A program made the translations under genes and the position numbers. The notes beneath the pieces are model-generated. The model did no database searches and was not told the origin of the DNA. It saw only the letters and a list, made by a program, of their open reading frames with translations. A DNA stretch of 64,000 nucleotides from Francisellaceae bacterium (lineage in GTDB: Bacteria; Pseudomonadota; Gammaproteobacteria; Francisellales; Francisellaceae), in assembly GCA_028355575.1 (NCBI GenBank), contig JAOMSY010000001.1:13542-77541 (forward strand). Reading direction: 5' to 3'. Shown here one piece after another: positions 20,801 to 29,966 of the stretch. Every line of letters starts with the position of its first letter. The stretch's first letter is position 1.

Positions 20801-21312
20801 GCAATGTAAGTATGAGTGATCCTCACATTCATGGAAGCAGATATTTTGATGATAATATTACCATAGTCAAGGGTGCCAAGATTCAGCGTTTTTGTCATAT
20901 GTTAGCAAACTCCCAAATTAGCTGGGTGGATCAGCGTGTGAGGGTGGGTGTAAATTCAAGATTAGATACCATTCAAGGAGCGATGCTTCAGGTAAAGTTA
21001 AAATACTTGTATCAAGAAATTGAAACCAGAAGGCAAACCGCCAAAGCATGTCAAAACAATATCAAGACACAGATATTGTTTACCAAAACAGATCGAACCC
21101 ATGTTTATGGGCAGTATACTGCAAGAGTAAAAGATAGAGTTCAATTTATAGCTGAATTAAAGGAGCAGGGCATACCAACAACTATACATTATCCGGTACC
21201 ACTTAATAAGCAATCAGCCTCCTTAGATGTGGCTGCTGATTGTATGATATCAGACACTATATCAGAACAAGTAGTGAGCTTGCCGATTTTAACTTATAGT
21301 GAGTTTATCTGA
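20797..21312 (+). pseudogene. in-frame deletion fusion: N-terminal ~40 aa of a WbpD-like hexapeptide acetyltransferase joined to the C-terminal ~125 aa of a WbpE-like DegT aminotransferase
   Basis: IHGSRYFDDNITIVKGAKIQRFCHM resembles the WbpD start. RVGVNSRLDTIQGAML...HVYGQYTARV...IHYPVPLNKQ...VVSLP matches only the C-terminal third of DegT/WbpE enzymes. The PLP-lysine region is absent. Junction near 20915-20935. Confidence 0.65.
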
Positions 21313-21313
21313 C

Positions 21314-21991
21314 ATGTTAATGAAGCATTTGAAAGAGTATATAGTTTTTAGGCGGTTTGAAAAAAACAACTATCCATACAGAGAATACTTTAACAAAAAA
21401 AAGTGTATTTTTATTCACATACCTAAAGCAGCAGGCACAAGTGTGTTAACCTGGATATCTGGATCATCAAAGCAATATCGAGATCATGCTGGTTGGTTAA
21501 CGTATTATATGAGAAATCCAGTGAAGTTCGAGAACTACTTTAAGTTTACAATAGTAAGAGACCCTCTATTTAGATTATTTTCAGCATATAATTACATTAT
21601 GCAAGGTGGTAATAAGTCTGCAGGGGATAGAGAGCTAGGAGATGCTTTAAATGATTATTTATCCTTTGATGACTTTGTATTAAATTATTTAGACCAGTAT
21701 AGAATACAAGAGCACTTGCTTTTTAGACCTCAATATTTATTCCTATGTGATTGGAAATTAGAGCTCAAAGTTGATTACGTTGCTCACTTTGAAAAAATAC
21801 AAGAAGACCTTCGTTTCGTGAAATCAAAGATTGCAGTAAATGGTGAAATTCCATTTCTTAATATATCAAGGGCAGAGTCTGCACCAACGCTAGTAAATTT
21901 TTCTGATGAGGTTAGAAATAAAATTTATACATTGTATGCACGAGATTATAGCTTATTTGGCTATAGTAAATATAACGGTGAAGGTTGTTAA
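21314..21991 (+). CDS. carbohydrate sulfotransferase (Sulfotransfer_2-like), copy 1
   Basis: 5'-PSB motif IHIPKAAGTS (21416-21442) and 3'-PB motif VRDPLFRLFSAY. The ORF track starts at GTG 21299; ATG 21314 follows the upstream TGA. Confidence 0.8.
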   Translation: MLMKHLKEYIVFRRFEKNNYPYREYFNKKKCIFIHIPKAAGTSVLTWISGSSKQYRDHAGWLTYYMRNPVKFENYFKFTIVRDPLFRLFSAYNYIMQGGNKSAGDRELGDALNDYLSFDDFVLNYLDQYRIQEHLLFRPQYLFLCDWKLELKVDYVAHFEKIQEDLRFVKSKIAVNGEIPFLNISRAESAPTLVNFSDEVRNKIYTLYARDYSLFGYSKYNGEGC

Positions 21992-23149
21992 ATGCACATT
22001 TTAATTTTGCCATCTTGGTACCCTGTAGAATTGACAAGTATTGGAGGATCATTTTTTAGAGAGCAGGCTGTCGCATATAAAAGGACTTTCCCAAATGATA
22101 GAGTAGGTGTCATTTATTCGATTGCTTATAGTATATTGAATATAAAGCCTAGGATCTCAATTAATAAAAATGACTTAGGTGTAAAGACATTAATTGCTAG
22201 CCATGTTGGAATACCAAAAATTAGAAGACTTCAGATAAAGTATACAGTTTCAAAAATATTAGAGCTTTTCAGAGCCTATATAGAACAATATGGAAAGCCA
22301 GAGATAATACATGTCCATTCAGCCTGGATAGCTGGTCTAGCTGCATTGGAGATATATAATCTTTATAAGATTCCTTACGTTCTTACAGAACATAACTCAT
22401 CGTTTGCAAGCTTGAAATATTCTCAGTTCCAATTGAAATGCATAAAAAATGTATGTACCTTAGCTAGTGAACGCATTGCAGTTTCAGAGAGGTTAGCTGA
22501 TCTGTTAGATTCCTTATTCTTTCAACGATTTAGATATATACCTAATAGCGTTTCTGATCACTTTTTTAGAACAGGTGAAAATGAGGTTAGAAGTCAAAGA
22601 AAATTTGTATTTGCTAGTATATCGTACTTAAAAAAGAATAAATGTATTGACGTTTTAATCATGGCTTTTTATAAAGCATTCGGAGGAAACTCTAGTGTAG
22701 TGCTTAAAATTGGAGGAGACGGCCCAGAAATGCAGCCTTTGATTGCATTAACTAAAAAACTCAATATTGATGAACAAATTATTTTTTTAGGGCCTTTATT
22801 GAGGAGGCAAGTATCGGAATTGCTAAAAAAAGAAGTAAATGCATTTGTGACAGCTAGTCGTTATGAAACTTTTGGGATTAGCTTGATTGAGGCTTTAGCG
22901 GCAGGTGTTCCTGTTATTTCAACAAAGTGTGGTGGGCCAGAATCAATCGTCAATAATAAAGTAGGCTATTTAGTTGAAAAAGAAAATATTGAGAAATTAG
23001 CTAAAGCAATGCTTAGTCTATATCAAAGCAGAAAGAAATGGCGTGCTGAAAGACTACAAATTCGTGAATTTTGTAAAAAAAATTTTTCACAAGAAACTAT
23101 AGCTACCCAATATCACAAACTATATAAAGATATATTAAATAATGATTAG
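21992..23149 (+). CDS. glycosyltransferase family 4
   Basis: C-terminal GT-B domain with ETFGISLIEALAAGVPVI (E-x7-E). Confidence 0.85.
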   Translation: MHILILPSWYPVELTSIGGSFFREQAVAYKRTFPNDRVGVIYSIAYSILNIKPRISINKNDLGVKTLIASHVGIPKIRRLQIKYTVSKILELFRAYIEQYGKPEIIHVHSAWIAGLAALEIYNLYKIPYVLTEHNSSFASLKYSQFQLKCIKNVCTLASERIAVSERLADLLDSLFFQRFRYIPNSVSDHFFRTGENEVRSQRKFVFASISYLKKNKCIDVLIMAFYKAFGGNSSVVLKIGGDGPEMQPLIALTKKLNIDEQIIFLGPLLRRQVSELLKKEVNAFVTASRYETFGISLIEALAAGVPVISTKCGGPESIVNNKVGYLVEKENIEKLAKAMLSLYQSRKKWRAERLQIREFCKKNFSQETIATQYHKLYKDILNND

Positions 23150-24587
23150 AAAGTTTCTAACTTATGGAGTTGGTTCGATTGGGACCGCAATAATAAGTTT
23201 CATGACTGTTCCCATTCTTACACGTATTTTGGATCCAAGTAATTACGGTAAGGGTGGGTTGTATCTAACTATAGTAACGTTTCTTTTTTATATATGTAAT
23301 ATTGGCTTAGATATGGGCTATATGCGTTTTTTTTTTGAGAAAAACAGTAAGTTAGATAAAATACAGTTATTTTATCAATGTTTATTAATAGTGTTCATAT
23401 TATATTTAATAGTCGTTTGTGTTTTTTTCTTAAATAGAAGATATGTCCTGGATTTTTTTTTCGAAGGTGATAGTATTGGCATTTGCTTGGCGATTATGTT
23501 AGGCCTATTGTTCTTCATCCTTAATAGATTTTCAATGTTATCTCTTCGCATCCAACAAAGGGCTTTTTTGTATTCGTTGGCACAAATTCTAAATGCATTA
23601 ATAAATTTTCTAGGAATAATTATATTTTATTATGGATATGATATAGTGAATTTTACGCTGATTGTATACTCGCAATTTTTTTCACTTTTTTGTGTTTCAT
23701 TATTATTAATCTTATTAGATTTAGAGCGTTGGAAAATTAAAAAATATTTTCGTATATCAGTTACGCATTGGAGTCAATTTAATGCAACATTTAAATATAG
23801 TTGGCCATTCTTATTTTCGTTTCTCATTATTTGGGGGATGCAATATATTGACCGAATATTTCTGATTAAATTATCAAGCTTTGATCAATTAGGAATTTAT
23901 AGTGCTGCTTTCTCTCTAACTGCGCCGATGGTGATGTTTCAAGGTATTTTTACTACAATGTGGGCGCCGATAGGTAATAAAATTCTTATAGATAACTCAT
24001 TTAAAGGGAAGTATATTTATCATGTGCTCTATAAAAATATGTCAATACTCATGTTCTTGGGGGTTGTATTTGTTTTTAGCATAAAAGATGTATTGATCTA
24101 TGTCTTGGGGGAGAATTTTAGGGGAGCAGTATATATTTTTTTGTGGCTGTTATTTTTACCAATATTCAATCTATTATCACAACTTTTGAATGCTGGAATT
24201 ATTAAAAGCAAAAAAACAAAATGGAATATATGGGCGAGTACACTTGGGTTTATTGTTAACCTTATTGCTTGCTATGTTTTGATTCCGTCTTTACATGCCT
24301 TAGGGGCCGCTATTTCACTTGTAGCGGGCAGTTTTATGTTTTTTTTAGTAAAAATGCTAAGTAATTATATTAATTACCCATTTAAAATACATCACTTTCA
24401 TTTTGTATTGAGTTTATTAGTTTGTGTGATTTCATTTATATTTATTTATTTGAAATTGATCTTACTGTCATGGGTGTTTATATTAACTCTATTAGCATAT
24501 CAGATATTACTTATGCTTAGGAAACAGAACATATCAATGATCTTAAAAGTACTAAAATTAACGTCAACTCCAGACAATCTAGGTTAG
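23142..24587 (+). CDS. wzx: oligosaccharide-unit flippase (Wzx / MOP superfamily)
   Basis: 481 aa, about 12 predicted TM segments, very AT-rich and Phe/Ile/Leu-rich. Lies in a Wzy-type locus. Confidence 0.75.
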   Translation: MIRKFLTYGVGSIGTAIISFMTVPILTRILDPSNYGKGGLYLTIVTFLFYICNIGLDMGYMRFFFEKNSKLDKIQLFYQCLLIVFILYLIVVCVFFLNRRYVLDFFFEGDSIGICLAIMLGLLFFILNRFSMLSLRIQQRAFLYSLAQILNALINFLGIIIFYYGYDIVNFTLIVYSQFFSLFCVSLLLILLDLERWKIKKYFRISVTHWSQFNATFKYSWPFLFSFLIIWGMQYIDRIFLIKLSSFDQLGIYSAAFSLTAPMVMFQGIFTTMWAPIGNKILIDNSFKGKYIYHVLYKNMSILMFLGVVFVFSIKDVLIYVLGENFRGAVYIFLWLLFLPIFNLLSQLLNAGIIKSKKTKWNIWASTLGFIVNLIACYVLIPSLHALGAAISLVAGSFMFFLVKMLSNYINYPFKIHHFHFVLSLLVCVISFIFIYLKLILLSWVFILTLLAYQILLMLRKQNISMILKVLKLTSTPDNLG

Positions 24588-24776
24588 TTAGTAATCAATA
24601 TGGTTTTTCGATCAAATTTCATATTTCCAAGAATGCTAACTATCTAGACTACATTCTTAAAATTTAGATACTTTTGACCCTATTTATAGTTGTAAATAGT
24701 TTCGCAGGCCAATCTAAAGAGGATAGAATAGTGTTTTTAGGCAGTATTAAGATCTATAAAATCAGGTTGAAACAAA

Positions 24777-25847
24777 ATGATTAAGAAAATTAGGGTTGTT
24801 ATACTGGGTTTAGATACCTTTAAGCACAAAAACATTAGTCAAATTAAGTTGATGAACCAGAGTGGCTATTATTTTACTGTTTTCACAAATGATAGAATGG
24901 GTGATTCTAAGAAACAGTTTGGAGATTTATTACAAATTAATAGTCTGAAGGTATTAAAAGGAAAGTTTTTACAGAGATTATGTCAGGTATTTCAGTATTT
25001 AAGAAAAAGCAAGAACACACTACATCATGTGGAATTATATCCAATTGGTAGATTCTCTATTTTTTATATCATTATTTGTAAGACCTTGCGAATAAAATCT
25101 TTATCTATATTAAGAGGCATTGCATTAAAACCAGAAAATTTTGATAATGAGTCTTGGCTTTATAAACTATCAGTGAAATATTCATTTCGATGGTCTGATT
25201 ATGTTTGGTATAAAGAACCATATATGGAACATAATTTGAATAGAATTGGTGTAACTCGGAAAGCATTTTTACCAAACGCTGTGGCAATGCCTGATCAGCA
25301 AGGCAATATTGTAAAAAGCATAGATTTTATTTGGGTAAATAGAATTATTAAAGAACGCTATTTTGATTGGGTTACTGAGCACTTTTATAATCACCGTAAT
25401 AGTTCTTTAACAGTGCTTGGTTCACAAGGCGAACGTGATTTTATGTCATCAAACAGTTATCAGTTGCTTAATAAAATGAAAGATAGGAAAGAAATTGATT
25501 TTCAAGGTTTTGTTAACCCTATGGCGTATTATCAACTAGCAACTTATTTTATATTACCAACGGAAATTGTATTTGGTAATTATGCATTATTAGAAGCCAT
25601 GTCTTATGGCGTAATCCCCATAGTCTCCAGTACTGATTCTACAAGTTTAATTGTTCAGGATGGTGTGAATGGTTTAGTGTTTAATAATGACAAAGCTAGC
25701 TTTTTTAGGATGCTGAAATATGCAGTTAACCTAAGTGAAGAAAAGAAAAAGCTTTTATCTGAGAAGGCGCAAGAAACTATTCATCAGCAATATTCCTTAG
25801 ATAGCCATAAAAAATCTTTACTTAAGCTATATAGTAAATTGGATTAA
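24777..25847 (+). CDS. glycosyltransferase (GT4-like, divergent)
   Basis: C-terminal FGNYALLEAMSYGVIPIVS...GVNGLVF resembles the GT-B E-x7-E region. The N-terminal half was not recognised. Confidence 0.65.
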   Translation: MIKKIRVVILGLDTFKHKNISQIKLMNQSGYYFTVFTNDRMGDSKKQFGDLLQINSLKVLKGKFLQRLCQVFQYLRKSKNTLHHVELYPIGRFSIFYIIICKTLRIKSLSILRGIALKPENFDNESWLYKLSVKYSFRWSDYVWYKEPYMEHNLNRIGVTRKAFLPNAVAMPDQQGNIVKSIDFIWVNRIIKERYFDWVTEHFYNHRNSSLTVLGSQGERDFMSSNSYQLLNKMKDRKEIDFQGFVNPMAYYQLATYFILPTEIVFGNYALLEAMSYGVIPIVSSTDSTSLIVQDGVNGLVFNNDKASFFRMLKYAVNLSEEKKKLLSEKAQETIHQQYSLDSHKKSLLKLYSKLD

Positions 25848-25856
25848 ATAAATTAC

Positions 25857-26531
25857 ATGATTGATATAAAAAATCTTTGTTATAAATTTTATGTGAGGAT
25901 TTTCCCAAGAAAATATATTGAATATATTAACTTGCGACGTAGGCGTAATATATACACACAAGCCAAAATAATTTTCATCCATGTGCCAAAAGCAGCTGGT
26001 ACATCGGTTTGTCATTCATTGTATGGCAAAACACTGGGGCATTTTAAAGCAAAAAATATTCAAAAAGCATTGCCAAATGAATTTAGAGAGTTTTTTACGT
26101 TTTCATTAGTCAGGCACCCGTATGATCGGGTACTTTCTGCGTATCAGTTTGCCAAGCAAGGTAAAACGGATGTAATGGGGATATCAAATCCTAAGAAATA
26201 TCAGATAAACGACTTTATTTCTTTTGAAACATTTGTAACACAATGGTTGGTAGAGGTTGATTTAACAGAGGCGGATTATGTATTTCAGCCGCAATATTTA
26301 TTTACTCATGGGGATAACGATCAACTATTGGTAAATAAAATATGGAAAGTGGAGCAGATGGATCGATTTTATGAGGAATTTGAGAAATATGCGCATAAAA
26401 AAATTGAAAAAAAACATATTAACCAGTCAAAATCAAATGCTTCTGAAAAAAACCAACTCTCTACCGAGTTGAAAAAAATAATTTATCAGTGCTATCAAAA
26501 AGATTTTGAATTATTTAACTATCAAAAGTAA
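25857..26531 (+). CDS. carbohydrate sulfotransferase (Sulfotransfer_2-like), copy 2
   Basis: IHVPKAAGTS (25980-26006), VRHPYDRVLSAY and FQPQYLF. Clear paralog of 21314-21991. Confidence 0.8.
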   Translation: MIDIKNLCYKFYVRIFPRKYIEYINLRRRRNIYTQAKIIFIHVPKAAGTSVCHSLYGKTLGHFKAKNIQKALPNEFREFFTFSLVRHPYDRVLSAYQFAKQGKTDVMGISNPKKYQINDFISFETFVTQWLVEVDLTEADYVFQPQYLFTHGDNDQLLVNKIWKVEQMDRFYEEFEKYAHKKIEKKHINQSKSNASEKNQLSTELKKIIYQCYQKDFELFNYQK

Positions 26532-26542
26532 AAAGGTATTTG

Positions 26543-27640
26543 ATGATTAAAGTATTACATATTATTAAATCGTTGAATCGTGGTGGTGCAGAGATGTTAT
26601 TGTCAGAGACCCTGAAGCATCATGATAGAAATAAATTTGAATTTCATTATTGTATTTTTTCTAGAGATGATGATGACTTGGTGAATGAGATAGAGAAAAA
26701 TGGTGGCCAGATATTTTTAATAAACTCTAAATGTACTAATTTGAAAATGTTTTTTTCAATATTTCAAATTAGTCATTATGTTAAGATAAATAATATTAGT
26801 ATACTGCATTGCCATATGCCTTTAGTGGGTGTACTAGGTCGTGTCCTTAGGTCGTTATGGGGGTATAAGCTCATATATACTGAGCATAACTTACAAGAAA
26901 GTTATAAAACAATTACAAGGTATTTGAATAAGATTACCTTTATATTCCAAGATCAAGTGCTGGCATGTTCGGATGAAGTTTTAAAATCTATTAAAGATAA
27001 TATTAAGCATAAACCTAAATTAGGGACTTTAAAAAATTGTGTTGATATTGATAAATTTAATAATGATTCAAACTCAGCAAATTTGATTAGAAAGAAATAT
27101 CGGGTTGATTCAGGTGTAATTTTAATTGGAACAATTGTTAGTTTTAGAGCACAAAAGCGCTTAAAGCTATGGTTAGATATTGCTTGTGATATATCAAAAA
27201 AATATTCTAATGTCAGGTTTATGATGGTAGGTGGAGGGCCACTAGATATTGAAATAAATGATTACAAAGAAAAATATAATATTGATTGTATTATGACTGG
27301 TACCCAGTCTAATACTACTGCGTATTATGCTGCATTTGATATTTTTTTTATGACCTCTGAATACGAAGGATTGCCTCTTGCTTTACTAGAGGCAATGAGC
27401 TCAGAATGCGCTGTGGTGACAACGGGTGCTGGAGGTATTGGCCAAGTTGTTGAACATAAAAAAAATGGGTTGGTTGCCGATGTATATGATAATTCTGCGA
27501 TTAAGGATAATCTAATTGAAATGATTAATGATAGTTCTTTACGGAGAAATTGTGCAGCCAATGCTAGAATAACTATTGTTGAGCGATTTAGCATAGAAAA
27601 TATGGTAAGTCAGCTTGAAGAAATATATACAAGGTTATGA
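26543..27640 (+). CDS. glycosyltransferase family 4
   Basis: SLNRGGAEM N-terminus and EYEGLPLALLEAMSSECAVV E-x7-E motif. AAAGG RBS lies 6 nt before ATG 26543. Confidence 0.85.
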   Translation: MIKVLHIIKSLNRGGAEMLLSETLKHHDRNKFEFHYCIFSRDDDDLVNEIEKNGGQIFLINSKCTNLKMFFSIFQISHYVKINNISILHCHMPLVGVLGRVLRSLWGYKLIYTEHNLQESYKTITRYLNKITFIFQDQVLACSDEVLKSIKDNIKHKPKLGTLKNCVDIDKFNNDSNSANLIRKKYRVDSGVILIGTIVSFRAQKRLKLWLDIACDISKKYSNVRFMMVGGGPLDIEINDYKEKYNIDCIMTGTQSNTTAYYAAFDIFFMTSEYEGLPLALLEAMSSECAVVTTGAGGIGQVVEHKKNGLVADVYDNSAIKDNLIEMINDSSLRRNCAANARITIVERFSIENMVSQLEEIYTRL

Positions 27641-27667
27641 AATAGATAATTATTTGCTAAGAAAAAT

Positions 27668-28657
27668 TTAGTTTTTATGCGTACTGTTGTACATTTTACA
27701 TTCCCATTTCCAAGCATCAAATATAATCTGATCAATTGTGCTGTTCTTTGGTGCCCAGCCAATGTTGTTTGATGCTTCATGAGAATTAGCAATCAGAGTA
27801 GCGGGATCTCCAGGTCTTTTGTCTGAAATGGTAACCTGTATTTGTTTATTTGTTATTTTTATTGCAGTGTCAATGATCTGCTGAACTGAATAGCCTTTTT
27901 CATTCCCTAGATTATAAATATGGCTACCATTATTGCTTTGCATGTTTATAAGGGCTAAATAGTGGGCTTGAGCAATATCCGATACATGTATATAGTCCCT
28001 TATACAAGTACCATCGTCGGTATTATAATTGTTGCCATATAGGTGAAAACTAGCCATTCTTCCAGATGCTGCGGCCATTAATTGTGGAATTAGGTGGCCT
28101 GATGTTTTTGGGAAACCAATTCTTGTTTTGGGGTCAGCTCCGGCTGCATTGAAATATCTGAATATGGTGTACTGTATTCTGTTTGCAGTTAGATAATCAG
28201 CCAATATATCTTCAATCATTGATTTAGATTTACCATAAGGATTGATAGGTTTTTTGGGGTGTTTAGTATCAATTGGTGTGTAATTAGGTTCGCCATATAC
28301 TGCGGCAGTTGAGGAGAATATTATTTTTTTTATATTGGCCTGTAACATTCCATCTAACAAAATTAGGGTGTTTTTAAGATTATTTAAATAGTACTTGTTA
28401 GGGTTAATTACTGATTCACCAACTTTGATAGATGCGGCAAAATGCATAACTATCGAAATTTTATGTTTATTAAAAATTTCTTTGAGCAGCTCTTTATTCT
28501 CAATAGAGCCTTTATAAAAGATACCGCCTGTAATTGATTTTTGTTTACCTGTAGAAAGATCATCTAAAATAATGACTTCATGTCCATGGTGTAATAAATG
28601 AAGAACCATGTGTGATCCAATATAACCTGCTCCTCCAGTAACTAAGATTTGAGACAT
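27668..28657 (-). CDS. galE: UDP-glucose (or UDP-HexNAc) 4-epimerase
   Basis: ILVTGGAGYIGSH, YGKSKSMIE (YxxxK), 329 aa. The only minus-strand gene inside the glycan locus. Confidence 0.9.
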   Translation of the reverse strand: MSQILVTGGAGYIGSHMVLHLLHHGHEVIILDDLSTGKQKSITGGIFYKGSIENKELLKEIFNKHKISIVMHFAASIKVGESVINPNKYYLNNLKNTLILLDGMLQANIKKIIFSSTAAVYGEPNYTPIDTKHPKKPINPYGKSKSMIEDILADYLTANRIQYTIFRYFNAAGADPKTRIGFPKTSGHLIPQLMAAASGRMASFHLYGNNYNTDDGTCIRDYIHVSDIAQAHYLALINMQSNNGSHIYNLGNEKGYSVQQIIDTAIKITNKQIQVTISDKRPGDPATLIANSHEASNNIGWAPKNSTIDQIIFDAWKWECKMYNSTHKN

Positions 28658-28778
28658 AATTAAGCTGCAAATTATTTTTATAAGTAAGATTATAATGTAA
28701 TATATGGTAAATTAAAGCCATATATATTTATAGGAAGCATGTATAGTGTTAATTTGTTAGGTAGAAGTTGGTCTAAAC

Positions 28779-29966
28779 TTGAATGAAACACTAGCAGGGT
28801 TATGTGTTGGATTAATATTTTTTTCAATTAGCATTATAGTTTCTCTGGCAATATATCGTATTTTTTCAAAATGCTATTTAAGGGTATTGAGTATAATTTA
28901 TTTGAGTTGGATCGCTCATTTTATTGCCTCTTATGCGTATTCTTTAATACCTTCAGATTCATTTAATCAATTTTTCACAGAAGCAAATATAAATTACTTC
29001 TCTGTTGGCACTCAGTTTATAAAAAACTTAACCTGGTATGTTAGAGAATATGTAACAGGTGATTCCTATCTAGGGACATTATATTTTTTTTCAGTATTTG
29101 CTTTTATTGGTAGTGTGCTCTGGTTTTGTTTGTATTTGCGTATAGCTCAGTTACTTTCAGTTAGGGTTCGACAGCAAATATTTCCCGCCTTAGTAATTAT
29201 GTGTTGGCCCTCATTCTTATTTTTTACCTCAGGGATTGGCAAGGATTCATTAAGTTATTTCTTTATCCCTTTGATTTGTCTGGCTTGGTTGGAGATAATA
29301 TATATTAAACGTAATATTGCCTGTATGTGTATTATATTGCTTTTGAGTGGGTTGGTATTAACACTAATTAGACCTTACCTAGCTATGGTGTTCATGGGAG
29401 CACTGTATCTGTCAACATTTAAAGGGGTGCGTAGTTTAACTTTTTTACGCATTCTAGGAATTGTTATAATTGTTCCTATAGCTTTATTTGTTGTTCAATG
29501 GGTCTTGTCCAAGCAAGGTGGTATTCACGATATAAGTGTAACTAGTATTGCAGAACGCGCACTTGCTCAGAAAGAAAACTTAAGTAAAGGTACATCATTC
29601 CCGATATTATCTGATCAGCCAATTCTTGTTTTGTTACTATTACCATATAGCATGCTAATGAATCTGATCATGCCTCTATTTGTTTTTGCTAATAATATAA
29701 CGGGGTTAATTGCATCGTTTGAAAACTTATTTTTACTTGGTTTGATCTTTTATTTTTGGAAAAATAGAAAGATATTTAAGAATTTGTGTAGTCGCTGTCA
29801 TATGGTAAAACTGACTTTCTGTTTTTTTATTGTAGGCATGGCATTTTTAGGTTTAATCAATACTAATTTAGGTTTGGCTATGCGCCAAAAGTCCATGTAT
29901 TTGCCCGCGTTATTGGTGGTTATTATGTTAGTTTGGCAATTTAAAAAGCAAAGCAGAATAAAATGA
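28779..29966 (+). CDS. polytopic membrane protein, candidate repeat-unit polymerase (Wzy/EpsG-like)
   Basis: 395 aa with about 10 hydrophobic segments, TTG start. Lies in a locus that has Wzx and a PCP but no other polymerase candidate. Assignment rests on context only. Confidence 0.5.
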   Translation: MNETLAGLCVGLIFFSISIIVSLAIYRIFSKCYLRVLSIIYLSWIAHFIASYAYSLIPSDSFNQFFTEANINYFSVGTQFIKNLTWYVREYVTGDSYLGTLYFFSVFAFIGSVLWFCLYLRIAQLLSVRVRQQIFPALVIMCWPSFLFFTSGIGKDSLSYFFIPLICLAWLEIIYIKRNIACMCIILLLSGLVLTLIRPYLAMVFMGALYLSTFKGVRSLTFLRILGIVIIVPIALFVVQWVLSKQGGIHDISVTSIAERALAQKENLSKGTSFPILSDQPILVLLLLPYSMLMNLIMPLFVFANNITGLIASFENLFLLGLIFYFWKNRKIFKNLCSRCHMVKLTFCFFIVGMAFLGLINTNLGLAMRQKSMYLPALLVVIMLVWQFKKQSRIK

